This document shows positions 18,146 through 26,707 of a stretch of DNA of 57,520 nt, piece after piece. Source of the DNA: an uncultured Thermoproteales archaeon (GTDB taxonomy: Archaea; Thermoproteota; Thermoprotei; Thermofilales; CAYSTQ01); the NCBI GenBank assembly GCA_964497915.1, contig CAZCFI010000002.1, positions 1 to 57,520 on the forward strand, in the 5' to 3' direction. Each line of letters opens with the position of its first letter. The first letter of the stretch is position 1. The position numbers and the translations under genes were made by a program. Under the pieces are notes generated by a model. The model had not been told where the DNA came from, did no database searches, and saw only the letters and a list, made by a program, of their open reading frames with translations.

Positions 18146-19108
18146 TTACCTTTTCCGCTCGAGCAGCCCGAGGCTCTCGAGCCGCTCTATCAGCTTGCTG
18201 GCTATGATGACTCCGGCCCTCCTCTGAGCCTCCCTCGTCATGGAGCCTATGTGGGGCGTGGGGAGCACCCTGGGGTGCCTTATCAGCCTCCACTCCCACT
18301 CCTCAGTTGGCGGCTCGTGCTCGTGGACGTCCAGTGCAGCGCCAGCGACTACGCCCTCATCGAGCGCCCTCAACAGCGCCCTCCCGTCCATCACGGCACC
18401 GCGTGCCGTGTTCACTATAAAGACCCCCCTCTTGACCAGGCCGAGCTCCCTCTCCCCGATCATGTGCCTAGTCTCCCTAGTGAGCGGGACGTGGATTGAG
18501 ATTACGTCGCTCCTCGACAGCAGGTCGTCCAGGCTCTCCGCTGGCTCCACCCCCAGTTGCCGCGCGACCTCCTCCAGCCTGTGCCTCCTGTACCCGATGA
18601 CCCTCATCCCGAAGGCCTTGGCCCTCTTGGCCACCTCGCTGCCTATCCTCCCCAGCCCCACGATGCCGAGGACCTTCCCGTAGAGCTCGGCGCCTAGGAA
18701 CTCGTGCTTCAGCCACCTGCCCTCCTTCAGAGACCTGCTCGCGTCGCACACCCTCCTCATGAGGCATACCATGAGCCCCATAGTTAGCTCAGCAACGGCT
18801 ACGCTGAGGGCCTCTGGCGACGAGATGACCTCTATCCCCTTGCTCCTAGCGTACTCGACGTCGATGTTGTCGAGCCCAGCGCCAGCCCTGGCTATGACCT
18901 TCAGGTTCTCAGCGGCGTCTATGACCTCCCTAGTGACCTTGGTCGCGCTCCTCACCACTATCGCGTCATAGGGGCCTACTAGGCTTCTCAGTACGCTGGG
19001 TGGCGGCGACCTGACGAAGTCGACCCTGATGCCAGCCCCCCTAAGCATGATGACTGCCTCGTCGGCTATCGGGTCGCACACCAGGACGCGCGCCACTTTC
19101 CCAGCCAC
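18146..19108 (-). CDS. D-isomer-specific 2-hydroxyacid dehydrogenase (phosphoglycerate dehydrogenase/glyoxylate reductase-like)
   Basis: [21 protein letters not shown]...[12 protein letters not shown]...NTARGAVMD...TPHIGS. GTG start with TATA-like 'ttttat' about 25 nt upstream. Confidence 0.85.
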   Translation of the reverse strand: MAGKVARVLVCDPIADEAVIMLRGAGIRVDFVRSPPPSVLRSLVGPYDAIVVRSATKVTREVIDAAENLKVIARAGAGLDNIDVEYARSKGIEVISSPEALSVAVAELTMGLMVCLMRRVCDASRSLKEGRWLKHEFLGAELYGKVLGIVGLGRIGSEVAKRAKAFGMRVIGYRRHRLEEVARQLGVEPAESLDDLLSRSDVISIHVPLTRETRHMIGERELGLVKRGVFIVNTARGAVMDGRALLRALDEGVVAGAALDVHEHEPPTEEWEWRLIRHPRVLPTPHIGSMTREAQRRAGVIIASKLIERLESLGLLERKR

Positions 19109-19160
19109 AGACTCTGACTGGCGTTTGATCCATAAAAGCGTAGTCGCGCTGGGACAGCGG

Positions 19161-20402
19161 CTAGCGCGGGGCGCCGAGGCGTGCGGACTTGTACCACGCT
19201 GACCTCAGGGCCTCGAGAAGCCCCTCCCTCAGCAGGGGCCTGCCCAGCAGCGTCGGCTGGGGGCACGCAGCCAGGTTCTCAACCCTCAGGGGAACGTGCG
19301 CGGTGAGGCAAGCGTAAGCTGCGCACGCCAGGTCGACCTCGCCCGTGGCCACGACGTGCACCCCAACGACGACCCCCGAGCGCCTATCGACCACGACCTT
19401 TACCACGGCCTCTCCGCCGTCGACCTTCCTGCGCAGCCTGACGCTAATAGCGTCGAGCCCCCTGCGCCTCGCCTCCGCCGCCGTCGAGCCGACGGACACC
19501 ACGTAGCCGCCCTCTAGCTCGAAGCAAAGGCACCCAGCCACCCTGGGCAGCCTCAGGCCGAGCTCGGGCCTCAGCGCGCTAGCGGCCGCGACTAGGCACT
19601 CAGCGTCGTGGACCCCCTCTGACACCGGGATGTAGGGGTCGCCGTACGACTCGACGTGTTCGGCGCAGCCGCCCACGGCGAGCACGCCCTCGACGCTCGT
19701 CACCCCCCTGCCGTCCACTAACGCCCCAAACCTGCCGGTCCTGACGCCAAGCTCGCTTAGGCGCCTGGGCGCCCTCCACAGCCCGCTGCACAGCACCAGC
19801 TCAGCCTCCCTAGCGTCGGCGACTTCCTCGGACAGGCAGACGCCGCTGCACGCCCTAGCGGCCTCCTCGATTATGTCGCGATCCCCACTCGCAGCCTCAT
19901 CAACGACCACGACGCAGTCGTAGCCGCGGTCGGCCAGGTGGCGAGCCAGCGCTAGGGACATCAGCGCGTCCCCCACTAGGGCCACCCTAGACGCGGCGCT
20001 AAGCTCTTCCCTCACACGGTGAGCCTCAGCTAGGCGCCAGGGGCACGCGACCCTCGACTCCGGGAGCCCGCGAGGCGCCGAGCACTCGGGCTCGACCGCT
20101 ACGATTAGGTAGTCGAACCTCACCGCCTCACCCTCGATCCTAACAACCCTCTCCCTTAGGTTGAGCTCGTAACCGGAGGTGACCACCTTAGCCCTGACGA
20201 CGTCGCTCACGTAGCTCTGCGGGACGGGGTACAGCTCCTCCCTCCTGAGGACCCCGAGGGCGTAGAGCGGCACGAGGGGGGCCGAGTGGCCGAGCGCCCC
20301 CTCCCCAGACAGCAGCGTGATGTCGACGGTGCTGCTCAGCTTCCTGAGCCACATGGCCGCCAGCACTGGAGCCAACCCCTCGCCCAGCACGACCACGTGC
20401 AT
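19161..20402 (-). CDS. Pyridine nucleotide-disulfide oxidoreductase-like protein with degenerate dinucleotide-binding motifs
   Basis: Two-Rossmann layout plus a C-terminal dimerisation-like region. N-terminal motif reads VVVLGEGLAPVLAA and the second reads VALVGDALMSLALA, rather than GxGxxG/A. Confidence 0.6.
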   Translation of the reverse strand: MHVVVLGEGLAPVLAAMWLRKLSSTVDITLLSGEGALGHSAPLVPLYALGVLRREELYPVPQSYVSDVVRAKVVTSGYELNLRERVVRIEGEAVRFDYLIVAVEPECSAPRGLPESRVACPWRLAEAHRVREELSAASRVALVGDALMSLALARHLADRGYDCVVVVDEAASGDRDIIEEAARACSGVCLSEEVADAREAELVLCSGLWRAPRRLSELGVRTGRFGALVDGRGVTSVEGVLAVGGCAEHVESYGDPYIPVSEGVHDAECLVAAASALRPELGLRLPRVAGCLCFELEGGYVVSVGSTAAEARRRGLDAISVRLRRKVDGGEAVVKVVVDRRSGVVVGVHVVATGEVDLACAAYACLTAHVPLRVENLAACPQPTLLGRPLLREGLLEALRSAWYKSARLGAPR

Positions 20403-20775
20403 GAGTGAGGGTAGCGCCCCTCTTGAGAAAACTGTTGCTGTCGCGCGGCCTGAGCCTCTTCTCCACCGCCAGCTTCAGCAGCTCTATTAGGTAGCCCTCC
20501 TCGCCCGGAACTCCCTCGAACGCCAACTCCCCGCCGACATAGACCCTCGGCAGCTCGCAGTCCTCGTCTCTCTCACAGACCTTAATCCTGACTCCGTACT
20601 CGCCCTCTAGCAGCTCGCGCACCTGGCGGCACCACTCGGCCACAGTCCAGCGCCAGTAGTCCCCCCTCCTGCCAGCGACGGTGACCTCTAGAACCCCCTC
20701 ACTCCCTCCTAGCCCAGATCGTCCTCTTGGGGATCGCGAAGCGCCTGCCCCAGAGGTGGAGCAGGAGGTCGACAT
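20188..20775 (-). CDS. Small hypothetical protein (thioredoxin-fold-like core); both ends uncertain
   Basis: Core LEVTVAGRRGDYWRWTVAEWCRQVRELLEGEYGVRIKVCERDEDCELPRVYVGGELAFEGVPGEEGYLIELLKLAVEK looks coding. The upstream and downstream parts of the 228-aa track ORF are Arg/Gly/Ser-rich and overlap neighbouring genes. Confidence 0.3.
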   Translation of the reverse strand: MSTSCSTSGAGASRSPRGRSGLGGSEGVLEVTVAGRRGDYWRWTVAEWCRQVRELLEGEYGVRIKVCERDEDCELPRVYVGGELAFEGVPGEEGYLIELLKLAVEKRLRPRDSNSFLKRGATLTHARGRAGRGVGSSAGGHVAQEAEQHRRHHAAVWGGGARPLGPPRAALRPRGPQEGGAVPRPAELRERRRQG

Positions 20776-21265
20776 CCCTAAGCCTCCACCCCCTGTCGAA
20801 GGCTGAGCTGCTGGCGTAGGCCTCAAGCACCTCCCCCACGAAGAGCGTGCACTCGCCGACGGCGACCTCCTCAACGACCTTACACTCTAGGTGGCCGACG
20901 CACTCCTCAATTATGGGTGGCCTTACCCTCCGTGCGGGCCTCAGCGTCAGGCCAGTCGCCGAGGCCTTGTCGACCTCCCTCCCGCTCGCCGTGCCAGCCA
21001 CCATGACGGCGCGGAGCAGCTGGGCTGTCGGGACGTTGACGGTGAACTCTGGCACCTCCTTGAGGAGCTGGTGAGTGTAGGACTCGCGCCAGATGCTGAT
21101 GGCGACGGTGGGTGGCTCCTCTGACACCGGCGTGTTCCACGAGCATGCCATGACATTGGCCCTGCCGTCGCGGCTCACCGTGACGACCAGCACCGTGGGC
21201 CTGGGGTGCAGCAGCTGGTGGAAGTAGTCGCCGACGTCGACCTTGGCGGCCAAGCCGCTCACCAC
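20699..21265 (-). CDS. Flavin reductase-like FMN-binding domain protein
   Basis: LLHPRPTVLVVTVSRDGRANVMACSWNTPVSEEPPTVAISI...FTVNVP. Confidence 0.85.
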   Translation of the reverse strand: MVSGLAAKVDVGDYFHQLLHPRPTVLVVTVSRDGRANVMACSWNTPVSEEPPTVAISIWRESYTHQLLKEVPEFTVNVPTAQLLRAVMVAGTASGREVDKASATGLTLRPARRVRPPIIEECVGHLECKVVEEVAVGECTLFVGEVLEAYASSSAFDRGWRLRDVDLLLHLWGRRFAIPKRTIWARRE

Positions 21266-21269
21266 CCGG

Positions 21270-22061
21270 TCACTGGTACAGCTTGCTTATTAGCCTTGAG
21301 TATACGTCCGGGTACTCGTCTCTGAGCCACCTAAGGTAGCCCTCGCTGGCATCCCTGCTGGTCAGCACGTAGCCCCATAGGAAGTCTGCGTGCTCCCTCA
21401 GGAGCTCTAGGGCCTCGTCTGGGCCGACGCCCCTCGCGGCGTGGAGCCTGATTAGCCTCTCAAGGGGCGTGAACACATAGGGGGCGGCGTACACCACCCT
21501 GACCGGCCCAAGCCGCCTCAGGGCGCTGAGCATCGAGCGACCGCCCAGGCCAGCCACCACGATCCACGGCCCCCTAACGCTCGCCACAATCCTGAGCACT
21601 CGTCCCATCTCTCTCCTGCCCTCACCACCAATCGCGCGGGCGTACTCTGAGAGTGCGTGCATCACCCTCTCAGCTCCAACCCTGCCGTGCGCCCTGAGTG
21701 CGGCCACTAGCGACAGGAGGCTGACGAGTGCCCTGACCCTGCGGCTCTCCGCGCTGAGGCTGCCATAGCACCTTATGCTGGCCCCCAGCCTAGCGACCCC
21801 CCTCAGCGAGGCGAGGATGGGCTCCATGCTGGCGTACGCTGACGAGGCTGGGCCCGCGGCGCGCAGCGCGGCCACCAGGTCGCTGAGGCGCAGGGACCCC
21901 CTGAGGTACTCCTCCAGCATCCCCTCGCGCTCAGCAGGCAGGGGGAGGAGGATCGTCGAGGCGCGCAGCGCGTTGGCGAGCTTGACTAGCTCTCTAGCCG
22001 CTAGCGAGCAGTAGACCCTCAGCCACGGGGTCAGGACCAAGGCCCCCGCGAGCCGGTGCAT
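21270..22061 (-). CDS. Hypothetical protein (Ala/Leu/Arg-rich, no recognisable family)
   Basis: 263-aa ORF tightly packed between the flavin reductase gene and the divergent AOR promoter. No motif recognised. Confidence 0.5.
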   Translation of the reverse strand: MHRLAGALVLTPWLRVYCSLAARELVKLANALRASTILLPLPAEREGMLEEYLRGSLRLSDLVAALRAAGPASSAYASMEPILASLRGVARLGASIRCYGSLSAESRRVRALVSLLSLVAALRAHGRVGAERVMHALSEYARAIGGEGRREMGRVLRIVASVRGPWIVVAGLGGRSMLSALRRLGPVRVVYAAPYVFTPLERLIRLHAARGVGPDEALELLREHADFLWGYVLTSRDASEGYLRWLRDEYPDVYSRLISKLYQ

Positions 22062-22110
22062 GCCGACTGAGTGCCTACTCTTAAATCTCTAACATGAACC
22101 TTTTCCTCCT

Positions 22111-23976
22111 GTGGATTGGTTCGGGTACGTCGGCAGGGTGCTGAGGGTAGACCTGTCCAGGGAGAGGGCGAGTGTGGAGGAGCTAAGTGAGGAGGACGTG
22201 GAGCTCTTCATCGGCGGGAGCGGGCTGGCGGCTGCGATAATCTACAGGGAGGTCGACCCTAAAGTCGACCCACTCAGCGAGGCCAACAAGGTAGTGTGCA
22301 TGACGGGCCCCCTCACGGGGACCATAGTGCCCGGCGGGAACAGGACCACCATAGCCGCTAAGTCCCCGCTGACTGGCGCGTGGGGTGAGGGGCACCTAGG
22401 CGGCTTCTGGGGGCCCGAGCTGAAGTTCGCTGGCTACGACGGCGTCATAGTCGAGGGGCGCGCCTCCTCCCCGGTCTACATCCTGATACGCGACGACGAG
22501 GTTGAGGTGAGAGGCGCCGAGCGGCTCTGGGGCCTCACCACGTCTAGCGCTGAGAGGGCTATCAGGAGGGAGTGCGGCGACGAGGGAGTGAGAGTGCTCT
22601 CGATAGGGCCAGCTGGCGAGCGGCTAGTGCGATACGCCGTAGTGGTCAGCGACGAGAGGGTCGCTGGAAGGACGGGGATGGGCGCGGTCTTTGGCTCGAA
22701 GAACCTCAAGGCGATAGCCGTCCGCGGGACGGGGAAGGTGAGGGTGAAGGAGTACGAGAGGCTGAGGGCCTTGATCAGGAGGCTCTACCCGGCCATAATG
22801 TCGGACCCGACGAGCCAGGTCAGGGCCCTCTACGGCACGAACGGCGAGATGGAGGTCTTCCACGAGTACGGCGACGTGCCCATCAGGAACTTCACCCTGG
22901 GCGAGTGGCCCGGCGTCTCGAAGATCAGCGGCCAGGCCATAGTGGGCCGGATGCTGAGGAGGCACAGGACGTGCTTCAGCTGCCCCATCCACTGCTGGAA
23001 GGAGGTGGAGATTGAGGAGGGCCCCCACGCCGGAACGGTAACCAGGGCGCCGGAGTACGAGACCGCTGCCTCGCTAGGCGCGCTCCTCATGATAGACGAC
23101 CCCAACTACCTAGCCACCGCTGAGTACCTCTGCAACGAGTACGGCATCGACGTCATATCGGCTGGCGTCACGATCGCGTGGGCCACGGAGGCCTTCGAGA
23201 GGGGGCTGCTGACGGAGGGGGACACGGACGGCCTCAGGCTGCGGTGGGGCGATCCCGAGGTGGTCCTCGAGCTCATCGAGAGGATATCGAGGAGGGAGGG
23301 CTTTGGAGACCTGCTCGCTGAGGGCTGCAGGAGGGCCTCTGAGGCCATAGGGAGGGGGAGCGAGGAGCTCGCAATGCACGTCAAGGGCGTTGAGGTGCCG
23401 ATGCACGACCCCAGGGCCTTCAAGGGGATGGGCCTCCAGTACGCCACGTCCAACAGGGGGGCCGACCACCTCCAGGGGACGTTCTTCAGGATAGAGCAGG
23501 GCGAGAGAGTGCCCGACCTCGGCATCCACGAGAGGGTCGACAGGTTCACCACACGCGGCAAGGCGTGGATGGTGGCGGTCATGCAGGACTGGCACGAGGT
23601 CCTCGACTCCGTGGGCCTGTGCAAGTTCGTCGGCATCGCCCCAGGGCACGTCGCGGCCTTCTACACGCTCGTGACGGGCATTGTGAAGAGAGTTCCTGAC
23701 CTCAGGGAGGCCGGTGAGAGGATATTCAACCTGAAGAGGATGTTCAACGTTGAGGCTGGGATCTCGAGGGAGGACGACACGCTCCCCAAGAGGTTCCTGC
23801 GCGAGCCGCTGAAGGAGGGCGGAGCGCGGGGGCAGGTGGTGGAGCTAGACGTCATGCTGGAGGAGTACTACAGGCACAGGGGGTGGGACGAGAGAGGGGT
23901 GCCGACCCCCGAGACCCTGGCCAGGCTGAGGCTGGCGGGGATCGTGCGCTCAGCTAGTCGCCCTGGCGCTCACTAG
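22111..23976 (+). CDS. aor: Aldehyde:ferredoxin oxidoreductase family (tungstopterin enzyme)
   Basis: GRVLRVDLSRE...FIGGSGLAA...CFSCPIHC...DHLQG. GTG start, 621 aa. Confidence 0.95.
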   Translation: MDWFGYVGRVLRVDLSRERASVEELSEEDVELFIGGSGLAAAIIYREVDPKVDPLSEANKVVCMTGPLTGTIVPGGNRTTIAAKSPLTGAWGEGHLGGFWGPELKFAGYDGVIVEGRASSPVYILIRDDEVEVRGAERLWGLTTSSAERAIRRECGDEGVRVLSIGPAGERLVRYAVVVSDERVAGRTGMGAVFGSKNLKAIAVRGTGKVRVKEYERLRALIRRLYPAIMSDPTSQVRALYGTNGEMEVFHEYGDVPIRNFTLGEWPGVSKISGQAIVGRMLRRHRTCFSCPIHCWKEVEIEEGPHAGTVTRAPEYETAASLGALLMIDDPNYLATAEYLCNEYGIDVISAGVTIAWATEAFERGLLTEGDTDGLRLRWGDPEVVLELIERISRREGFGDLLAEGCRRASEAIGRGSEELAMHVKGVEVPMHDPRAFKGMGLQYATSNRGADHLQGTFFRIEQGERVPDLGIHERVDRFTTRGKAWMVAVMQDWHEVLDSVGLCKFVGIAPGHVAAFYTLVTGIVKRVPDLREAGERIFNLKRMFNVEAGISREDDTLPKRFLREPLKEGGARGQVVELDVMLEEYYRHRGWDERGVPTPETLARLRLAGIVRSASRPGAH

Positions 23977-24267
23977 ATTTGGCTCGGGCAGCAGCGCCTC
24001 GCTCCTAAGAATCTCGATGAGCTTTCTCTTGTCGAAGATCACGTGCCTCCTGTGGTTCTTCACCTTGACCTCGACTATGGCATCCCCGTAGTCGGTGAAG
24101 ACGATGCTCCATATTACGCTCATGTCCACTGGGTGTATCCTCCTCTTGCCCAGGTAGCTGGAGAAGCGCTTGTGGTTGAAGCCGAACACGCTGCCCCTCT
24201 CCTTGGAGGCTGCGTCGATCAGGTAGCTCCTCACGAGCCTCTTGACGTGGCTGTAGCTGAGGACCAT
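23950..24267 (-). CDS. Hypothetical small basic protein
   Basis: 105-aa ORF in a locally AT-richer stretch. Converges on and overlaps the aor 3' end by 27 nt. No family recognised. Confidence 0.45.
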   Translation of the reverse strand: MVLSYSHVKRLVRSYLIDAASKERGSVFGFNHKRFSSYLGKRRIHPVDMSVIWSIVFTDYGDAIVEVKVKNHRRHVIFDKRKLIEILRSEALLPEPNLVSARATS

Positions 24268-24325
24268 GATAGCCCTCTCTTAGGGGGCGCGAGGCCCCAT
24301 ATATGCACCATACCAAGAGAGCTGA

Positions 24326-25684
24326 GTGAATGTGCCCCCAACCTTTATGTCTCGCCTAGCGCTTGGTGTGGTCGGTGGTCGCTTGGTCGAGTACGGCGAG
24401 CTGGCCTTGAAGGAGGCGGCTAGGTACAGGGGCAAGATCCAAGTCCTGCCTAAGGTGCCGATAAGGTCACTCAAGGACTTCGCGGTGTGGTACACGCCTG
24501 GCGTCGCAGCCCTGTCGAGGGCCGTCCACGAGGACAGCGACCTGTCCTTCGAGTACACGTGGAGGTGGAACGCGGTAGCGATAGTGACCGACGGCAGCCG
24601 AGTCCTCGGGCTGGGCAACATAGGGCCCGAGGCCGCTCTGCCCGTGATGGAGGGCAAGGCCCTCCTCTTCAAGTACCTAGGAGGGGTCGACGCAGTCCCC
24701 CTCCCCGTGGCGACTCAGAACCCCGAGGAGCTAGTAAGGGTGGTGAGGCTCGTGGAGCCAGCCTTCGGCGGCGTCAACCTGGAGGACATAGCGTCCCCCA
24801 AGTGCTTCTACGTCCTCGAGAGGCTCAGGGCGGAGGCCAGCATACCAGTGTGGCACGACGACCAGCAGGGGACAGCGGGAGCTGTCCTAGCGGCGCTACT
24901 CAACGCCCTGAAGGTGGTGGGTAAGAGGCTGAGCGACGTGACTATAGCACTGGTCGGCGCGGGCGCGGCAAACGTCGCCGTGGCTAATGTGCTCATGAGG
25001 GCTGGGGCCAGGGCTGGCCAGATGATCGTGGTTGACAGCAAGGGCATACTGCACCCTGAGAGGCCGGACATCGAGGACCTCAAGCGCCGGAACCCATGGA
25101 AGTACAGGCTAGCGGTGGCGACGAACGAGGAGGGCAGGAGGGGCGGCATAAGGGAGGCCCTCAGGGGGGCTGACGCGGTCATAGCCGCCTCAAGGCCAGG
25201 CCCTGGCGTGATAAGGAAGGAGTGGGTTCGGGAGATGAGCGACGATCCCGTGGTATTCGCGCTTGCTAACCCAGTCCCCGAGATCTGGCCCTGGGAGGCC
25301 AAGGAGGCTGGAGCTAGGGTGGTGGCAACCGGCCGCTCCGACTTCCCCAATCAGGTTAACAACAGCCTTGTGTTCCCCTCCGTGTTCCGAGGGGCGCTCG
25401 ACGTCAGGAGCAGGGCCATCACGGACGGCATGATAATCGCGGCGGCTGAGGAGCTGGCGAGGTTCGCCGAGGAGAGGGGGCTAAGCGAGGACTACGTGAT
25501 CCCGAGGATGACCGAGTGGGAGGTCTACCCGAGGGTAGCGGCGGCCGTGGCGGTCAAGGCGTGCGAGGAGGGCGTCGCCCGCAAGCCCACGACGTGGAGC
25601 GGGGAGCTGCGCAGGGCTCAGGAGGTGATAGGAGCGACGCGGAGAGCCCTGGACGCGCTAATGCGACAAGGGTTAATAGGGTAA
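24326..25684 (+). CDS. NAD(P)-dependent malic enzyme
   Basis: FAVWYTPGVAA...VTDGSRVLGLGNIGPEAALPVMEGKALLFKYLGGVDA. The start is either GTG 24326 (TATA 'catatatg' about 24 nt upstream) or ATG 24347. Confidence 0.95.
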   Translation: MNVPPTFMSRLALGVVGGRLVEYGELALKEAARYRGKIQVLPKVPIRSLKDFAVWYTPGVAALSRAVHEDSDLSFEYTWRWNAVAIVTDGSRVLGLGNIGPEAALPVMEGKALLFKYLGGVDAVPLPVATQNPEELVRVVRLVEPAFGGVNLEDIASPKCFYVLERLRAEASIPVWHDDQQGTAGAVLAALLNALKVVGKRLSDVTIALVGAGAANVAVANVLMRAGARAGQMIVVDSKGILHPERPDIEDLKRRNPWKYRLAVATNEEGRRGGIREALRGADAVIAASRPGPGVIRKEWVREMSDDPVVFALANPVPEIWPWEAKEAGARVVATGRSDFPNQVNNSLVFPSVFRGALDVRSRAITDGMIIAAAEELARFAEERGLSEDYVIPRMTEWEVYPRVAAAVAVKACEEGVARKPTTWSGELRRAQEVIGATRRALDALMRQGLIG

Positions 25685-25711
25685 TGGGGGGCTACACTCC
25701 CGGGTGACTGG

Positions 25712-26653
25712 ATGCACATCGCCGTGGTGGGAGTCGGCAGGGTCGGCAAGGCGGTGGCTTACACGCTGCTCCACGAGGAGTACGTGACCGAGATGTCCCT
25801 GGCCGACGTGATACCTGGGATGACGAAGGCCTTCGCTGAGGAGCTCAGGCACGCGGCGGCTAGCCTAAGCAAGGACGTGGAGATCCACGCGTACGAGAGC
25901 GCGTCCGACGTGTCGGGGGCCGACATAGTCATAGTCACGGCTGGCAGGCCTAGGACCCCTGACATCAGCAGGAGGGACCTCGTCGACACGAACGCCAAGA
26001 TCATGAGGTCGGTGGCCGAAGAGGTGTACCCGGGCAACAAGTCGGCGAGGTTCGTCATAGTGGCCAACCCAGTCGACGCGATGGCGACGCTGTTCAAGCG
26101 CGCGACCGGGGCCGAATTCGTGATAAGCACCGGCACCCACCTGGACACGCTGAGGTTCAGGGCCGAGCTCGCCAAGGTCCTCCAAGTCCCCGTGTCGAGC
26201 GTCGAGGCGTACGTGGCCGGGGAGCACGGCCCGAATGCAGTGTTCCTGTGGTCGCTAGTCAGGGTGGACGGCGTGCCGTTTGACGAGTTCGTCGAGGAGA
26301 GGGGGGCGAGCGTGAGCAAGGAGCAAGTGGAGAAGAGCGTCAAGGAGATCGCCCGGAGGATTATAGCTGTCCTGGGCGGGACGTGCTACGGGCCAGCGGC
26401 AGCGTTCAGGGACATCGTGAGGGCCATAGCCCTCAACACGGGCAGGGTGCTAAGCATAGCCGCGCCCCTCAAGGCGCCGTCCGTGCCAGTCGAGGTCATG
26501 GTGAGCGTGCCCCAGAGGGTCGGCAGGACCCTGGGCTACACGCTATTCGATTACCTGGCAGACTCGGAGAAGGAGGCCATATACAAGGCAGCCCGGGCCA
26601 TCTACGAGACGTACGCGCTCGCCCTGAGGATCGCCGGGCTGGAGGCCGAGTAA
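25712..26653 (+). CDS. mdh: L-malate/L-lactate dehydrogenase family (probable malate dehydrogenase)
   Basis: MHIAVVGVGRVGKAVAY...IVIVTAGRPRTPDISRRDL...VANPVD...GEHG. Confidence 0.9.
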   Translation: MHIAVVGVGRVGKAVAYTLLHEEYVTEMSLADVIPGMTKAFAEELRHAAASLSKDVEIHAYESASDVSGADIVIVTAGRPRTPDISRRDLVDTNAKIMRSVAEEVYPGNKSARFVIVANPVDAMATLFKRATGAEFVISTGTHLDTLRFRAELAKVLQVPVSSVEAYVAGEHGPNAVFLWSLVRVDGVPFDEFVEERGASVSKEQVEKSVKEIARRIIAVLGGTCYGPAAAFRDIVRAIALNTGRVLSIAAPLKAPSVPVEVMVSVPQRVGRTLGYTLFDYLADSEKEAIYKAARAIYETYALALRIAGLEAE

Positions 26654-26707
26654 AGCTTTTACCGAATCCCCCGGTATTAAGGAGGAAGGCCGCTGACGTG
26701 ACGACGT

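Noticed and set aside
17161-18299. N-terminal extensions of the DUF54 ORF (to 17730) and the L15e ORF (to 18299) as listed in the ORF track.
   Set aside because: The extensions overlap the neighbouring gene and read as Arg/Pro/Glu- or Ala/Arg/Gly/His-rich sequence that does not look like real coding sequence. Internal ATGs (17607, 18107) give N-termini matching the families (MRGLVTSVYFEAHCHATED; [12 protein letters not shown]).
20188-20874. The full 228-aa minus-strand ORF taken as one gene.
   Set aside because: Its first ~60 and last ~70 residues overlap the flavin reductase and oxidoreductase genes and are Arg/Gly/Ser-rich. Only the central ~80 aa look like a real protein, and those are kept as a low-confidence feature.
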